Below are positions 1 to 10,230 of a DNA stretch of 64,000 bases, in pieces; positions within the stretch are counted from its first letter, which is position 1; every line of letters begins with the position of its first letter. The DNA comes from an uncultured Candidatus Saccharibacteria bacterium (GTDB lineage Bacteria > Patescibacteriota > Minisyncoccia > UBA6257 > 2-01-FULL-56-20): NCBI GenBank assembly GCA_965231155.1, contig OZ246418.1, positions 368,751 to 432,750 of the forward strand, written 5' to 3'. The notes below the pieces were generated by a model that saw nothing but the letters and a program-made list of their open reading frames with translations, searched no databases and was not told the DNA's origin. Position numbers and translations under genes: made by a program.

Positions 1-1
1 T

Positions 2-1165
2 CTTGATTATGCAGCTTCAACTCCAGTGGCGCCGGAGGTTTTGAAGGCGATGAAACCCTACTGGTCTGAACGATTTGGGAATCCCGGATCGTTACATTCT
101 TTTGGCCAGGAGGCGATGACGGCCGTCGATCAGAGTCGAGAGCAGATTGCCAATCTTATTGGCGCGCAGTTTCGGGAGATTATTTTTACTGGCTCAGCGA
201 CTGAGGCAAATAATCTTGTGCTTCGTGGCACGGTGATGGCTTGGAAAAAGAAAAATCCTCAGCTCACGCCACGGATTATTGTTTCAGCAATTGAACACGA
301 GGCCATTTTGGAGACAGCGCGTGATTTAGAAAAGGAGGGAGTGGAGGTGGTATATCTTCCTGTTGATGCAGAAGGGATGGTGCGAAGAAACGAGCTTATT
401 GCTTCTTTGAACGATCAAACAGTGTTGGTTTCTATTATGTATGGGAATAATGAAGTGGGGACGATTCAGTCGATAGAGGAGATTGTGAAAGTTATTAGTG
501 AGTTTCGTGCGGAGAGAGGATCTTTATATCCATTGTTGCATACTGATGCGGCGCAGGCTTTTCCTTACAGAAGTCTACGAGTGGATGAGCTGGCCGTTGA
601 TTATGCAACTTTTTCTGGTCACAAAATGTATAGTCCAAAGGGAGTGGGGGTGCTGTATGCTCGACAACTTACCGAACATCAACTTCTTTCGCCAGTAATG
701 ACTGGGGGTGGTCAGGAGTTTGGTTTTCGTTCAGGTACCGAGAACGTGCCTCTGATTGTTGGCCTGGCTCGAGGAATGATTCTGGCAGACGAGCACCGAA
801 CGAAAGAAGCGAAGCGCCTTTATGCTTTTAAAGATTTATTTTTTAAGGAATTAAGGAAGGCAGACCGAAAGATTTTACTCAATGGTTCGGCTACAGAAAG
901 AGGCCTGCCACACATTCTCAGCGTTTCTTTTTCTAAAATAGTGGCTTCCGATCTTTTGGTGTACCTGGATCTTCATGGCATAGCAGTTTCTACTGGTTCG
1001 GCTTGTCAGGCGAGATCACCGAAACCTTCCCATGTACTGAAGGCTTTGAGTTTCGAGGCGGGGCGTATTAATAGAAGTGTGCGGTTTGGTTTTGGACGGG
1101 AGACGACGAAAGGGGAGTTGAACGCCACGGTGCGGTTGATAAAAGGAAGGTTGGAGAGAAAATAA
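2..1165 (+). CDS. iscS: Cysteine desulfurase (IscS/NifS class V PLP enzyme), 5'-truncated by window edge
   Basis: Frame open from base 2 (LDYAASTPV); motifs GNPGSLH, FTGSATEANN, HTDAAQ, SGHKMYSPKGVG (PLP lysine), GSAC (catalytic Cys). Confidence 0.93.
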   Translation, partial: LDYAASTPVAPEVLKAMKPYWSERFGNPGSLHSFGQEAMTAVDQSREQIANLIGAQFREIIFTGSATEANNLVLRGTVMAWKKKNPQLTPRIIVSAIEHEAILETARDLEKEGVEVVYLPVDAEGMVRRNELIASLNDQTVLVSIMYGNNEVGTIQSIEEIVKVISEFRAERGSLYPLLHTDAAQAFPYRSLRVDELAVDYATFSGHKMYSPKGVGVLYARQLTEHQLLSPVMTGGGQEFGFRSGTENVPLIVGLARGMILADEHRTKEAKRLYAFKDLFFKELRKADRKILLNGSATERGLPHILSVSFSKIVASDLLVYLDLHGIAVSTGSACQARSPKPSHVLKALSFEAGRINRSVRFGFGRETTKGELNATVRLIKGRLERK

Positions 1166-1195
1166 AGAACTTTGTGTGTGCCCCAACGAGAGTTC

Positions 1196-1239
1196 CTGTT
1201 ATTTTTCCATTATGCCTTTTGGATATGGAAAAATAGTAG
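1196..1239 (+). repeat. Conserved-loop hairpin element, copy 1
   Basis: 15-bp stem ctgttatttttccat/atggaaaaatagtag (2 G-U); 20-nt core cattatgccttttggatatg (1208-1227) identical to 5396-5415. Confidence 0.85.
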
Positions 1240-1251
1240 AAACACGAGTCT

Positions 1252-1280
1252 TTGACTGATTACCAATTTTTGTGTACAAT
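1252..1280 (+). promoter_or_regulatory. sigma70-type promoter of clpB
   Basis: TTGACT-17 nt-TACAAT, 23 nt before the ATG. Confidence 0.75.
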
Positions 1281-1303
1281 AGATTTTAAATCAATAACTT
1301 ATT

Positions 1304-3937
1304 ATGGCTAATTTCAATCGTTTTACTATTAAAGCCCAAGAAGCCCTACAGAACGCCCAGGAGTTGGCTGCGGTGAAGAATCATGGCGAACTGAAGGCTT
1401 TGCATTTACTTTCGGCGCTTATTGCGGATGGCCAGTCCTTGGTCCAGCCGGTCTTGATGCGCTCGGGTGTGAACCTTGATGAGTTGCAACGAGAGATTGA
1501 ACAGGCTTTAGAGCATTTACCGAAGATCGCTGGTGGCACCAGCGTTGGTCAACTCTATCTTTCTCAGGAGTTAATGAAGGTACTTGATCAAGCAGGGAAG
1601 GTGGCGGCCCAACAAAAAGATGAGTTTGTTTCTTGCGAGCATCTTTTACTCGGTGTTTTAGAAGTTACTTCTCAGGCTCAGGCACTTTTGCAACAGTTTG
1701 GCCTGAAACGAGATGCGGCCTTAAGAACACTGGCGCAACTTCGTGGTTCAACGCGCGTGACTGACGAGACGCCGGAATCAAAATTTCAGGTGTTTGATAA
1801 GTACGCAATTAATATGACCGACAAGGCTAAGGAGGGGAAGCTCGATCCGGTGATTGGTCGGGAGGAGGAGTTGCGTCGTCTGATTCAGGTTCTTTCTCGT
1901 CGTACCAAGAATAATCCAGTCTTAATTGGTGAGCCAGGCGTGGGAAAGACTGCCATTGTGGAAGGACTAGCTCAGCGGATTATTTCTGGTGATGTGCCAG
2001 AGTCGTTGAAGGGCAAACAGGTCTTGATGCTCGATCTGGGAGCGCTCATCGCCGGCACGAAGTTTCGTGGTGAGTTTGAGGATCGACTAAAAGCTTTTGT
2101 AAAAGAAGTAAAAAATAGTGCTGGCCAGATTATTTTGTTTATTGATGAGATTCATACCATTGTTGGGGCAGGCGCTGCGGAGGGGGCGGTAGACGCTTCG
2201 AATTTGCTGAAGCCGGCCTTAGCACGTGGTGAACTTCATGCCATTGGCGCCACGACAACTCGTGAGTATCAGCGATATATCGAAAAGGATCCTGCGTTAG
2301 AGCGACGTTTCCAGCCAATTGTGGTCGAGGAACCAAGCATTGAAGACAGTGTGACTATCTTGCGCGGTCTAAAAGAAAAATACGAAATTCATCACGGGAT
2401 TCGTATTAGTGATGAGGCGATTGTGGCCGCAGTAAATCTGTCGGCGCGCTATATTGCCGATCGTTTTTTGCCGGACAAGGCGGTTGATGTGGTTGATGAA
2501 GCAGCAGCAGCTCGTCGATTAGAAAGTGAGAGTTTGCCCAGCGAACTTGATCGTATTCGACGTGAACTTACTCGTCTTGAAGTGGAGCGACAGGCGATCG
2601 CCAAAGAACGCCACAAGGATACGGCTCGGGTGAAGGAGGTAGATAAAAAAATTGAGGAACTTAAAAAAGAAAACGACGAACTGTCTGGTCAGTGGCACGC
2701 TGAGAAGATTAAGTTTGAAACACTCCATAGTCTTCGTCAGAAAGTGGATAATTTAAAGCGAGAGGCCGAGGTGGCTGAGCGAGAGGGAAGTCTGGAACGC
2801 ATGGCTGAGATTATTTATGGCGAACTTCCTCAGTCGCAGAAAGATTTTGAGAGCTATGAGAAGAAACATTTTGGCGGTAAGAAGCAGAAAGGTGGCGATC
2901 AGCAGTTTATAAAGGAAGCGGTAGATAAGGATGATGTGGCCGCGGTGGTTGCTCGTTGGACAGGGATTCCAGTGCAACGCATGTTGGAGACTGAAGGCGA
3001 AAAACTTGTCCGTATCGAGGACGTCCTCCATGAGCGGGTGGTTGGACAGGATGAGGCAATCCAGGCGGTGGCTTCGGCCTTACGTCGCGTACGCGCTGGT
3101 TTGTCAGATGAGAATCGTCCTCTTGGCTCTTTTATGTTCCTTGGGCCAACGGGTGTTGGTAAGACTGAGTTAGCTCGCGCGCTGGCTGAGTTTATGTTCA
3201 ACGACGAGAAGGCAATCGTTCGTATTGATATGTCGGAGTATATGGAGCGATACGCCACGAGTCGTTTGATTGGTTCACCGCCGGGCTATGTTGGCCATGA
3301 GGAAGGTGGACAGCTGACCGAGATTATTCGTCATCGCCCATACAGCCTGATTCTTTTTGATGAAATAGAAAAAGCTCATCCCGAAGTCTTCAATATATTA
3401 CTTCAGGTTTTAGACAACGGCCGGTTGACTGACAGTAAAGGAAAGACGGTGAACTTCAAGAACACGATTATCATTATGACCTCGAACGTGGGAAGTCACT
3501 ACTTGAAGTCGATTGCCGATCTTGGGTTCAAGAGCGACAAGGGCAAGGGAGAGAAGTCGGAGAATAATGACTACCGAAGCAAGGTTTTGGGCGCCCTAAA
3601 GGAGTCGTTCCGACCAGAGTTCCTGAATCGTATTGATGAACTGATTGTGTTTGATCCATTGCGCGAAGCGGCTATGCAGAAAATTGTGGATATTCAGCTA
3701 AAGGCTATCGAAAAGCGTTTGGCCGATCGACGCATTGTGTTACAGATCGATGATAAGGCCAGAGAGTATCTCGCCAAAGAGGGTTTTGATCCTGAGTTTG
3801 GGGCGCGACCGATCAAACGTCTTATTCAGAAAGTTATCTTAGATCATCTCGCAAATCGTATAATTAAAGGTGAGTTAAAAGATGGAGGAAAAATTAAAAT
3901 TAGTTCGCGCGCTAATTCCCTGGTCTTTAGTAGTTAG
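1304..3937 (+). CDS. clpB: ATP-dependent chaperone ClpB
   Basis: Clp N domain, two AAA+ modules ([16 protein letters not shown]), long coiled-coil middle domain, RIDMSEY and GARP motifs; 877 aa. Confidence 0.96.
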   Translation: MANFNRFTIKAQEALQNAQELAAVKNHGELKALHLLSALIADGQSLVQPVLMRSGVNLDELQREIEQALEHLPKIAGGTSVGQLYLSQELMKVLDQAGKVAAQQKDEFVSCEHLLLGVLEVTSQAQALLQQFGLKRDAALRTLAQLRGSTRVTDETPESKFQVFDKYAINMTDKAKEGKLDPVIGREEELRRLIQVLSRRTKNNPVLIGEPGVGKTAIVEGLAQRIISGDVPESLKGKQVLMLDLGALIAGTKFRGEFEDRLKAFVKEVKNSAGQIILFIDEIHTIVGAGAAEGAVDASNLLKPALARGELHAIGATTTREYQRYIEKDPALERRFQPIVVEEPSIEDSVTILRGLKEKYEIHHGIRISDEAIVAAVNLSARYIADRFLPDKAVDVVDEAAAARRLESESLPSELDRIRRELTRLEVERQAIAKERHKDTARVKEVDKKIEELKKENDELSGQWHAEKIKFETLHSLRQKVDNLKREAEVAEREGSLERMAEIIYGELPQSQKDFESYEKKHFGGKKQKGGDQQFIKEAVDKDDVAAVVARWTGIPVQRMLETEGEKLVRIEDVLHERVVGQDEAIQAVASALRRVRAGLSDENRPLGSFMFLGPTGVGKTELARALAEFMFNDEKAIVRIDMSEYMERYATSRLIGSPPGYVGHEEGGQLTEIIRHRPYSLILFDEIEKAHPEVFNILLQVLDNGRLTDSKGKTVNFKNTIIIMTSNVGSHYLKSIADLGFKSDKGKGEKSENNDYRSKVLGALKESFRPEFLNRIDELIVFDPLREAAMQKIVDIQLKAIEKRLADRRIVLQIDDKAREYLAKEGFDPEFGARPIKRLIQKVILDHLANRIIKGELKDGGKIKISSRANSLVFSS

Positions 3938-4589
3938 GGGAGCGGTTTTTGGGGTGGCCTGGTTTTTCCTACCATTCCTCTTTTTCGTGGCCGTCGCTAC
4001 TTTCCTTTTCTTACAGCCACCATTTCAGGCCTGGCGTTTTTTCCCGGTTTTTTTTCTGATTATTTTCCTTGCATATATGATCCCCGCCAGTTTCTGGGCG
4101 GGCTTATTACTCTCGATCCTCTTCCTGACTACCCTAGGCATAAAGAATCTCCTGCTTGTTGACCGTGAGCTTTCGGCGGAAGTTTTTTTGTTTATTATTT
4201 CATTTCTTCTGTGGTTCCTTCTTTTTACCACTCAGGCACGGGGAGACTTTGCTTTCTTTCTTCTTGCGCTTAGCGTAATTGGCGCACACCTTCTCCTTCT
4301 CCGATTTCTATTTAAGGTGAGTCAAACAACAGTCCTGGCTACTGGTTTCTCATTTCTGTTGATGCTTTTCGGCCTATTATCTTTGCAGTTGGTATGGGTG
4401 ACCAGCCTCCTGCCTCTTTCCGCCATCTTTGCGGCGTTATTCCTAGGGCTTTTCTCTGGTGTTTTCTGGGAGTTTTTGTTGGTTTACTACCTACATCTTT
4501 GGAATCCTCAGAAAACCAAGATAATTATCTCTGGTATTGTTTTCTTAGTGGGTATCTTTATTTCTCCGGCCCTTTCCTTTTTAATGTAG
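3882..4589 (+). CDS. Polytopic membrane protein of unknown function
   Basis: 235-aa almost entirely hydrophobic ORF filling the gap between clpB and the next gene; start overlaps clpB 3' end. Confidence 0.7.
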   Translation: MEEKLKLVRALIPWSLVVRGAVFGVAWFFLPFLFFVAVATFLFLQPPFQAWRFFPVFFLIIFLAYMIPASFWAGLLLSILFLTTLGIKNLLLVDRELSAEVFLFIISFLLWFLLFTTQARGDFAFFLLALSVIGAHLLLLRFLFKVSQTTVLATGFSFLLMLFGLLSLQLVWVTSLLPLSAIFAALFLGLFSGVFWEFLLVYYLHLWNPQKTKIIISGIVFLVGIFISPALSFLM

Positions 4590-4591
4590 TG

Positions 4592-5368
4592 ATGGAAAAG
4601 ATCACCACCCTGGTTTTGCCCATGGCTGGTCGGGGAATGCGCCTGAGGCCACTGACTAATGATCGGCCCAAGGCACTTGTGCCTCTTTTCGGGAAACCGC
4701 TTCTGGAATATTTTCTTGAGGAAGCCGTTCTCTCTGGTATCAAAGATGTGGTGCTCATTATTAGTCCGGAGTATCGAGAGCAACTGAGTGAATATACGAA
4801 AAATGTAGCTGATCGTTTTTCCGGGCTGAACTTCCATATTTATGATCAAGTTGAGCCATGGGGACATGGTCGAGCTGTTCTTGTTGCATACGATTTCTTA
4901 AAGGGGAAGCCTTTTATTATTCGTTTTTCTGACGATGTGATATTTGGAGACGAACCGGCGACGGCTTCGCTTTCCCGTCTTTTCGACGAACACAAACAGC
5001 CACTTATCCTCCTCGAGCCTGTACCTCACGAAAAAGCTTCCTCGTACGGAGTGGTTGGTGTGGTCGAGTCTTTGAACGATGACCTCCATCGCATCTCTCA
5101 TCTTGTCGAAAAACCAAAAGATCCGCCATCAAACCTGACGGTAGTGGGAGGCTATGTTATCACTCCAGACCTCCTTGAGCATCTGAAGCAGGCGGATGTG
5201 ATTGCACCACAGGTTGCTGACGGTCTTCTTATTAATGAAGCGTTTTATCGTGAGCTGGGGAGAGGGGGGAGTATTTTAGGCTGGCAGTTTACTGGTCGTC
5301 GTTTTGACTGTGGGAATCTTGAGGGATTTTACGAAGCCGAAGCGTTTCTGAAAGAAAAGAATTCCTAG
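4592..5368 (+). CDS. galU: Sugar-phosphate nucleotidyltransferase, GalU-like
   Basis: VLPMAGRGMRLRPLT..PKALVP, QVEPWGHGRAV, LVEKP, RFDCG motifs; start moved to ATG 4592 just after upstream stop. Confidence 0.75.
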   Translation: MEKITTLVLPMAGRGMRLRPLTNDRPKALVPLFGKPLLEYFLEEAVLSGIKDVVLIISPEYREQLSEYTKNVADRFSGLNFHIYDQVEPWGHGRAVLVAYDFLKGKPFIIRFSDDVIFGDEPATASLSRLFDEHKQPLILLEPVPHEKASSYGVVGVVESLNDDLHRISHLVEKPKDPPSNLTVVGGYVITPDLLEHLKQADVIAPQVADGLLINEAFYRELGRGGSILGWQFTGRRFDCGNLEGFYEAEAFLKEKNS

Positions 5369-5382
5369 CTGAATACTTTCAC

Positions 5383-5428
5383 TTTCTTTAGTTCTCATTA
5401 TGCCTTTTGGATATGAGAACTAAAGAGA
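5383..5428 (+). repeat. Conserved-loop hairpin element, copy 2
   Basis: 16-bp stem tttctttagttctcat/atgagaactaaagaga around the same tatgccttttggat loop as copy 1. Confidence 0.85.
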
Positions 5429-5440
5429 ACCCTGAGTCCG

Positions 5441-5470
5441 TTGACAGGGTTTCTTCAACTCTGTTAAACT
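5441..5470 (+). promoter_or_regulatory. sigma70-type promoter of wHTH gene
   Basis: TTGACA-18 nt-TAAACT. Confidence 0.6.
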
Positions 5471-5551
5471 GGGCCATCTACTAGATAGTTCGTACTCCCG
5501 CTCGCTACTATCTCCGACTTCTTCTAGGGATCGCTTTAGTTCCTCATTTTT

Positions 5552-6346
5552 ATGAAAGAAGATTTCGACCGCAGTCCATATACCAAGAAAGCTTTTGAAC
5601 TTGCCTATGCCATGTTGCGAATAGGGGAGTCTTTAGAAGCAGGTAGTGTGCGTTCACGACTGGATCTGTTGGCTCATCAGATTCTTGAGGTTTTCACAGA
5701 AAGTCAGTACAAGAAGGCGCCGAATCTTATTGAGGGGGCGGGGTGGTTTGTACGGTTATGGACCGACTCAGAAATTATTCACAGGCATCTCGGCGAGGCC
5801 TTATTGGTGGAACTCTCTAAACTAAAAAACTTGGCTGAGGTGGCAGAGAAAGAGAAGTCTCGAGTTGATGATTTTTATACGCTTACACCACCTTCTTCCG
5901 GCAATTCTGTTTCGTCTCCTGCCGAACAGAAGTCTCAAACTAAAAAAGACCGTCCAGTTGCTAGGATAATTGATCGTACTTTGCCGGATAGATTGCCGAA
6001 TGAGAATAATGCCCATCACTACAACTCCTCCTCGAGGCAGTCGGCTATACTTGCCTTTTTTAAGGGAAGGCCGTCATCCGGCAACATACTGCCCGTTTGC
6101 CGAATGAAAGATATACAGGAAAGTTTTCCGAATGTCAGCGAAAGAACGCTTCGGTATGATTTGCAGAAACTGGTTGAAGAAGGAGCTATTGATCGAGTCG
6201 GGGCTGGACCAATGAGTGCGTATCGCTTGGCGAGAACCGCCTCTCCGGTCGTAACTTTACCTCCAGACAATCGTTATAATAGTCAGCTTCTCCAGAAAGG
6301 GCCCCTTGGAGAGGGGACTGGAAAAGTTCTCGAGAATTCGTTATAG
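5552..6346 (+). CDS. Protein with C-terminal DeoR-like winged helix-turn-helix
   Basis: IQESFPNVSERTLRYDLQKLVEEGAIDRVG is a wHTH signature; helical N-terminus and low-complexity linker. Confidence 0.75.
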   Translation: MKEDFDRSPYTKKAFELAYAMLRIGESLEAGSVRSRLDLLAHQILEVFTESQYKKAPNLIEGAGWFVRLWTDSEIIHRHLGEALLVELSKLKNLAEVAEKEKSRVDDFYTLTPPSSGNSVSSPAEQKSQTKKDRPVARIIDRTLPDRLPNENNAHHYNSSSRQSAILAFFKGRPSSGNILPVCRMKDIQESFPNVSERTLRYDLQKLVEEGAIDRVGAGPMSAYRLARTASPVVTLPPDNRYNSQLLQKGPLGEGTGKVLENSL

Positions 6347-6366
6347 TGGTTCCCAAGTTGTTCAGT

Positions 6367-6476
6367 GTGAGGCTGAGCAAAGATCGTGTTCTTAGGGGAT
6401 ATTCTCCTAAGACTCTATAGGCACTTTTGTGCCATCTTTGTTTATAAGCCTCGCCTCACAGCGAGTTCTTTTTTTT
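6367..6476 (+). promoter_or_regulatory. Three-way-junction leader overlapping an intrinsic terminator, upstream of S-layer-like gene
   Basis: Closing stem 6374-6384/6434-6444 plus gtgaggc/gcctcgc; inner hairpins 6390-6412 and 6420-6433; terminator ctcgc-ctcaca-gcgag followed by T tract (6450-6476). Confidence 0.55.
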
Positions 6477-6580
6477 GTTATGGCGTTGGCTGTCTCCTTG
6501 GTTCCTTCCCCCTCATCCTCACTGGTGGGCGATGGGTCGAAAACGCGGAGAGTAGTCATTCTGAAATAGTATTTTTCCTC

Positions 6581-6590
6581 AAAGGTCGAG
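6581..6590 (+). promoter_or_regulatory. AAAGGTCGAG leader motif (S-layer-like gene)
   Basis: Exact 10-mer also at 12531, 24310, 59782, always non-coding and on the sense strand before a gene. Confidence 0.7.
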
Positions 6591-6654
6591 GATCAATGAA
6601 TAGGAATCTATTCTTTGGTCGATACAACAAACAAATAAGTCAATTAATTAATAA

Positions 6655-9600
6655 ATGAGTAAATCAACAAAGAAAGTTCTTTCCGCAGCGCTTTCCGCGA
6701 CCACCGCTGTGTGGATGTCGGGAGCGATGCTTCTTGTTCCTGTTGCTCATGCTCAGTCAACTGCTGACTTAACTGCTCAGATCTCTGGTCTTTTGGCCAT
6801 GATCCAGCAGCTCCAGGCTCAGTTGAATGCGAAGGGTGGCACAACAATGCCAGCTTCTATTCCTTCCAGCGACCTCACCGTTGGTTCGAAAGGTGCTGAC
6901 GTTTCTGCCCTCCAGCAGATTCTGATCAATGGTGGCTATCTCAAGATTGCCGCTCCGACCGGAACCTTTGGCCCTCTTACAAAGGCGGCCTTAGCAGCAT
7001 GGCAGGCAGCGAATAATGTTTCTCCAGCCGCTGGTTATTATGGTGCGAAGACTCGTGCAGCTTTGGCTGCTTCGATGCCAACGAATCCTACTAACCCAAC
7101 GAATCCTACTAGTCCAACGAATCCAACAGCTCCAGCTTCTGGATTGGTCGTAAGCTTGGCTTCCGACAACCCAACTGCTGGTTCTCTGATTGCAGGTGCT
7201 GGTCGCACCCCAGTTTTGGCGGTCAATTTGACTGCTGGAAACTCGAGTGGCGTAACCGTATCTGAAATCAAGTTCACCAAACAGGGTGTTCTCTCTGACA
7301 CCGCGATCTCTGGAGCGTACCTCGTCGAAAACGGCAAGGTGCTCTCTCAGTACAGCTCGTTGAACCAGGGAGTTATCTCTTTCTCTGGTGTTAACTTGAG
7401 TGTAGCTGCTGGTCAGACTCGCAAGGTCTGGTTGGCAATTGATCCAGCTTCAACTCTCGCAGCCGGTAACACGGTTTCGTTTGCAGTTACTGCTGGTAGC
7501 GTGATGGCAGTTGATGCTGCCAATACGGTTGTTACCCCAGCTGGTAACTTCCCATTGAATGGCAACGTCTTCACCGTAACCACCGTTTCTAGTCCATCGA
7601 TTGCTACCTTCGGCTTGACCGCGGTATCAGTTGGTGCATCAGTCACGGCCGGTGAGATGGCTCGCCCAGTGGCTCAGTACACTTTGGTTCCAGTTAACAG
7701 CCCAGTTATCCTGAAGTCTATCAACTTCCGAGTGACTGGTTCAGCCAACAAGAGTGACATCAGAAATGTCAAACTTATGCTGAACGGTCAGCAGGTTGGT
7801 GATACCTTGCCACAGGTGGCAGCTGATGGAAGTGCCTATTTCAATCTTGAAAATGGTTCAACCTCAGTGAAGATCAACACTGGTTCTTCTAACTTGCAGG
7901 TTCATGCAGACATCATGGGTTCTCCGAGCTTTACCTTTAAGTTCCAGCTCTTGAACGGTTTTGATGTCCTCGCCTTGGACTCGCAGTATGGTGTTCCAGT
8001 GGCCGCTTCTGTAACGACCACCAATGAGACTCAGATCACGATTGCTCAGGGTAAGATCACCTTATCCTTGGCTTCGGATACACCAACTGGTCAGATTGCA
8101 AAGGGTGGTTCGGCCACAAACTTGGCCAAGTTCACCTTGTACGCAGCTGGTGAGCCAATCCGGGTTAAGTTCTTGAGCTTCACGTTGACCTTCACCGGTA
8201 CAACGACGACCTTGTCGTCAATGATTAAGAATATTGCCTTGGTTGACGATGCCGGTGCTCAGGTTGGTTCAACGATTAGCACTCCAACAAGTGGAAACAC
8301 TTGTAGCGTTGGTGGTTCGACCGTAACGGCCGGCTACAATGCTGCAGGAACAATCTACACAGATTGTTTCGGAACTGCTTCTTCGCCAATCAACTACACC
8401 GTGCCAGCAAACACGACTCGGGTACTCACCCTCCGGGGCGACATCCAGTCGGGAGCTGGTTTCACGACGATTTTGGGAGGTTTGTCTAGCCACGCTGGAG
8501 ATTCAAACATCCAGGGTATGACTTCAAGCCAGACCAATTCGACCGCTCAGGTTGCAGGAAGCGCGCTTACTTTGGTAAGCAGCACCTTGACCTCAGCAGC
8601 CAACTCAGCAATCGGTACCCAGACAGTTTCTACCAACCAGGCTAATGTGTTGATCGGTTCCTACTCTTTGAAAGCTTCAACAGCTGAAGGAGTGAACTTG
8701 AACACCATTCAGATCACCACGAGTGCTTCGGGAACCTTGTTCTCGAACCTTCGCTTGATGGTCGGTAATGTCCAGTTTGGTACGACTCAGTCGAGTGTTG
8801 ATGCCAGCACTCCTTACAGTTTCTCTGGCACCTTAAACATTCCTTCTGGTCAGACCAAGATTGTTGATGTGTATGCCAATGCACTTTCTTCGATTGGTAG
8901 CGGTACGACCTATCCAGCCATTACCTCCCTTACCGGATGTACTGGTCAGGGTGCAGTCACCTATACTTCGGTGACTGGTTGTACAGCGACTGGTCAGAGC
9001 GTTCTTGGTGCAAGTGGTGCAACCATCACGGCTACCGTTGATGCTTCCTCGCCTCAGGCACGTCAGATCGTGGCAGGATCAACTCAGGTACCGTTGGCTA
9101 CCTTCCGCTTCAACGAGACTTCTAACGTTGAAAACGTGAAGATCAGCAACTTGGTTGTCTTCCAGCAGGTGTCCGCTACTTCTTCCGTGAAATCGACGTT
9201 TAGCGACCTCGGTATCTACGTCGGAAGTGAGACTTCACCTCGCGGTACTTCCCAGAACGGAACTGCGGCTGCTTCTAGCTCGAACCCTGGTGCTGGTTAC
9301 TACCACCAGTTCTCCTTCGCTGACCCATTGGTTGTTCCTAAGAATGGAGCCCTCTTGGTCACTTTGAAGGGTAATGTTGGTACCTTCAGTAACAGCGGTG
9401 TGACTGACAATGCTACCTTCGTCTTCAAGATCGCCACGTCCACCGATTCGGTGAACGACACGACTGCGGAGACAGTTGATGCACGAGGTCTCACTTCGAG
9501 CATTGCAGCGACAACTACCCTTAACTCGGCAACTGCAAACACAGTTACTGTCTTGAGGAACAAGTTGTCTGTCAGTGCGGCTTCCTTGAATCCTTCGACC

Positions 9601-10122
9601 AGCAACGCGGTACACACCAAGGGATCAAACGATGATCTTGGTATCATTACCTTTGCTGCTGACTCGACTGGTTCAGGCGGTGCAGTTCTGAACACAGTAA
9701 CTGTGACCTTCAGTGGTACAGCCCCATCTATCTCGACCTTCCTTGATGGAGTAACCCTCCGTTATGGTGGTACAGATGTGACCACGGCTGGTACCTTGGC
9801 TGGTATCACAGTAACTTCCGCTACTTCTTCGGCTTGTAATGGTAGCAATAACCTTACTTGTACCAAGTCGTGGAACTTCGGAACTGGACCTACCTCTGGC
9901 TTAGCGATCTCTCCTGGAACAAGCGTTGCCTTTACGCTCCAGGTTGACTCGACCAAGACTTTGGCGGGAACTTCCGGTGTGTCTCAGTCGCTCTCTGCCG
10001 CGATCGCCTCAGCGTCTGGTGTCCAGTTCTACACTGCACCTGATTCTACCGGCGCCGGACCAGTTAGCCTCCAGGCTAATGCGGTTCCGCTCACTATCAA
10101 CTCGGTATCTTACAACCCGTAA
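6655..10122 (+). CDS. Large secreted S-layer-like surface protein with peptidoglycan-binding domain
   Basis: Signal peptide ending AHA-Q, short coiled coil, PG_binding_1-like segment (GSKGADVSALQQIL..TGTFGPLTKAALAAWQ), PTN linker, then Ser/Thr/Gly/Val-rich beta-sandwich repeats; 1155 aa. Confidence 0.8.
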   Translation: MSKSTKKVLSAALSATTAVWMSGAMLLVPVAHAQSTADLTAQISGLLAMIQQLQAQLNAKGGTTMPASIPSSDLTVGSKGADVSALQQILINGGYLKIAAPTGTFGPLTKAALAAWQAANNVSPAAGYYGAKTRAALAASMPTNPTNPTNPTSPTNPTAPASGLVVSLASDNPTAGSLIAGAGRTPVLAVNLTAGNSSGVTVSEIKFTKQGVLSDTAISGAYLVENGKVLSQYSSLNQGVISFSGVNLSVAAGQTRKVWLAIDPASTLAAGNTVSFAVTAGSVMAVDAANTVVTPAGNFPLNGNVFTVTTVSSPSIATFGLTAVSVGASVTAGEMARPVAQYTLVPVNSPVILKSINFRVTGSANKSDIRNVKLMLNGQQVGDTLPQVAADGSAYFNLENGSTSVKINTGSSNLQVHADIMGSPSFTFKFQLLNGFDVLALDSQYGVPVAASVTTTNETQITIAQGKITLSLASDTPTGQIAKGGSATNLAKFTLYAAGEPIRVKFLSFTLTFTGTTTTLSSMIKNIALVDDAGAQVGSTISTPTSGNTCSVGGSTVTAGYNAAGTIYTDCFGTASSPINYTVPANTTRVLTLRGDIQSGAGFTTILGGLSSHAGDSNIQGMTSSQTNSTAQVAGSALTLVSSTLTSAANSAIGTQTVSTNQANVLIGSYSLKASTAEGVNLNTIQITTSASGTLFSNLRLMVGNVQFGTTQSSVDASTPYSFSGTLNIPSGQTKIVDVYANALSSIGSGTTYPAITSLTGCTGQGAVTYTSVTGCTATGQSVLGASGATITATVDASSPQARQIVAGSTQVPLATFRFNETSNVENVKISNLVVFQQVSATSSVKSTFSDLGIYVGSETSPRGTSQNGTAAASSSNPGAGYYHQFSFADPLVVPKNGALLVTLKGNVGTFSNSGVTDNATFVFKIATSTDSVNDTTAETVDARGLTSSIAATTTLNSATANTVTVLRNKLSVSAASLNPSTSNAVHTKGSNDDLGIITFAADSTGSGGAVLNTVTVTFSGTAPSISTFLDGVTLRYGGTDVTTAGTLAGITVTSATSSACNGSNNLTCTKSWNFGTGPTSGLAISPGTSVAFTLQVDSTKTLAGTSGVSQSLSAAIASASGVQFYTAPDSTGAGPVSLQANAVPLTINSVSYNP
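7078..7128 (+). repeat. 18-bp tandem repeat encoding PTN/PTS linker
   Basis: ccaacgaatcctacta(ac/gt) about 2.8 copies. Confidence 0.85.
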
Positions 10123-10143
10123 GACCGCTTAGTAGTGATATCG

Positions 10144-10201
10144 TGTGACAGATGTGATTGCTGTCACAACCCCAAACCCCCTCTTTTCAAGAGGGGGTTT
10201 G
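10144..10201 (+). terminator. Twin hairpins after S-layer-like gene
   Basis: tgtgacag/ctgtcaca and caaaccccctctt-ttc-aagagggggtttg. Confidence 0.7.
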
Positions 10202-10230
10202 CATTTGGGGGTGGGTTTCTTACAATTCAT

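Noticed and set aside
1166-1303. Possible CIRCE or CtsR heat-shock operator before clpB
   Set aside because: No TTAGCACTC-N9-GAGTGCTAA and no tandem GTCAAA heptads; the hairpin element is reported instead
6386-6658. 90-aa ORF upstream of the S-layer-like gene
   Set aside because: Crosses a terminator and structured leader; composition not protein-like
7078-7128. Short tandem repeat as CRISPR or contingency locus
   Set aside because: In-frame 18-bp unit encoding a Pro/Thr linker; no spacers or cas genes
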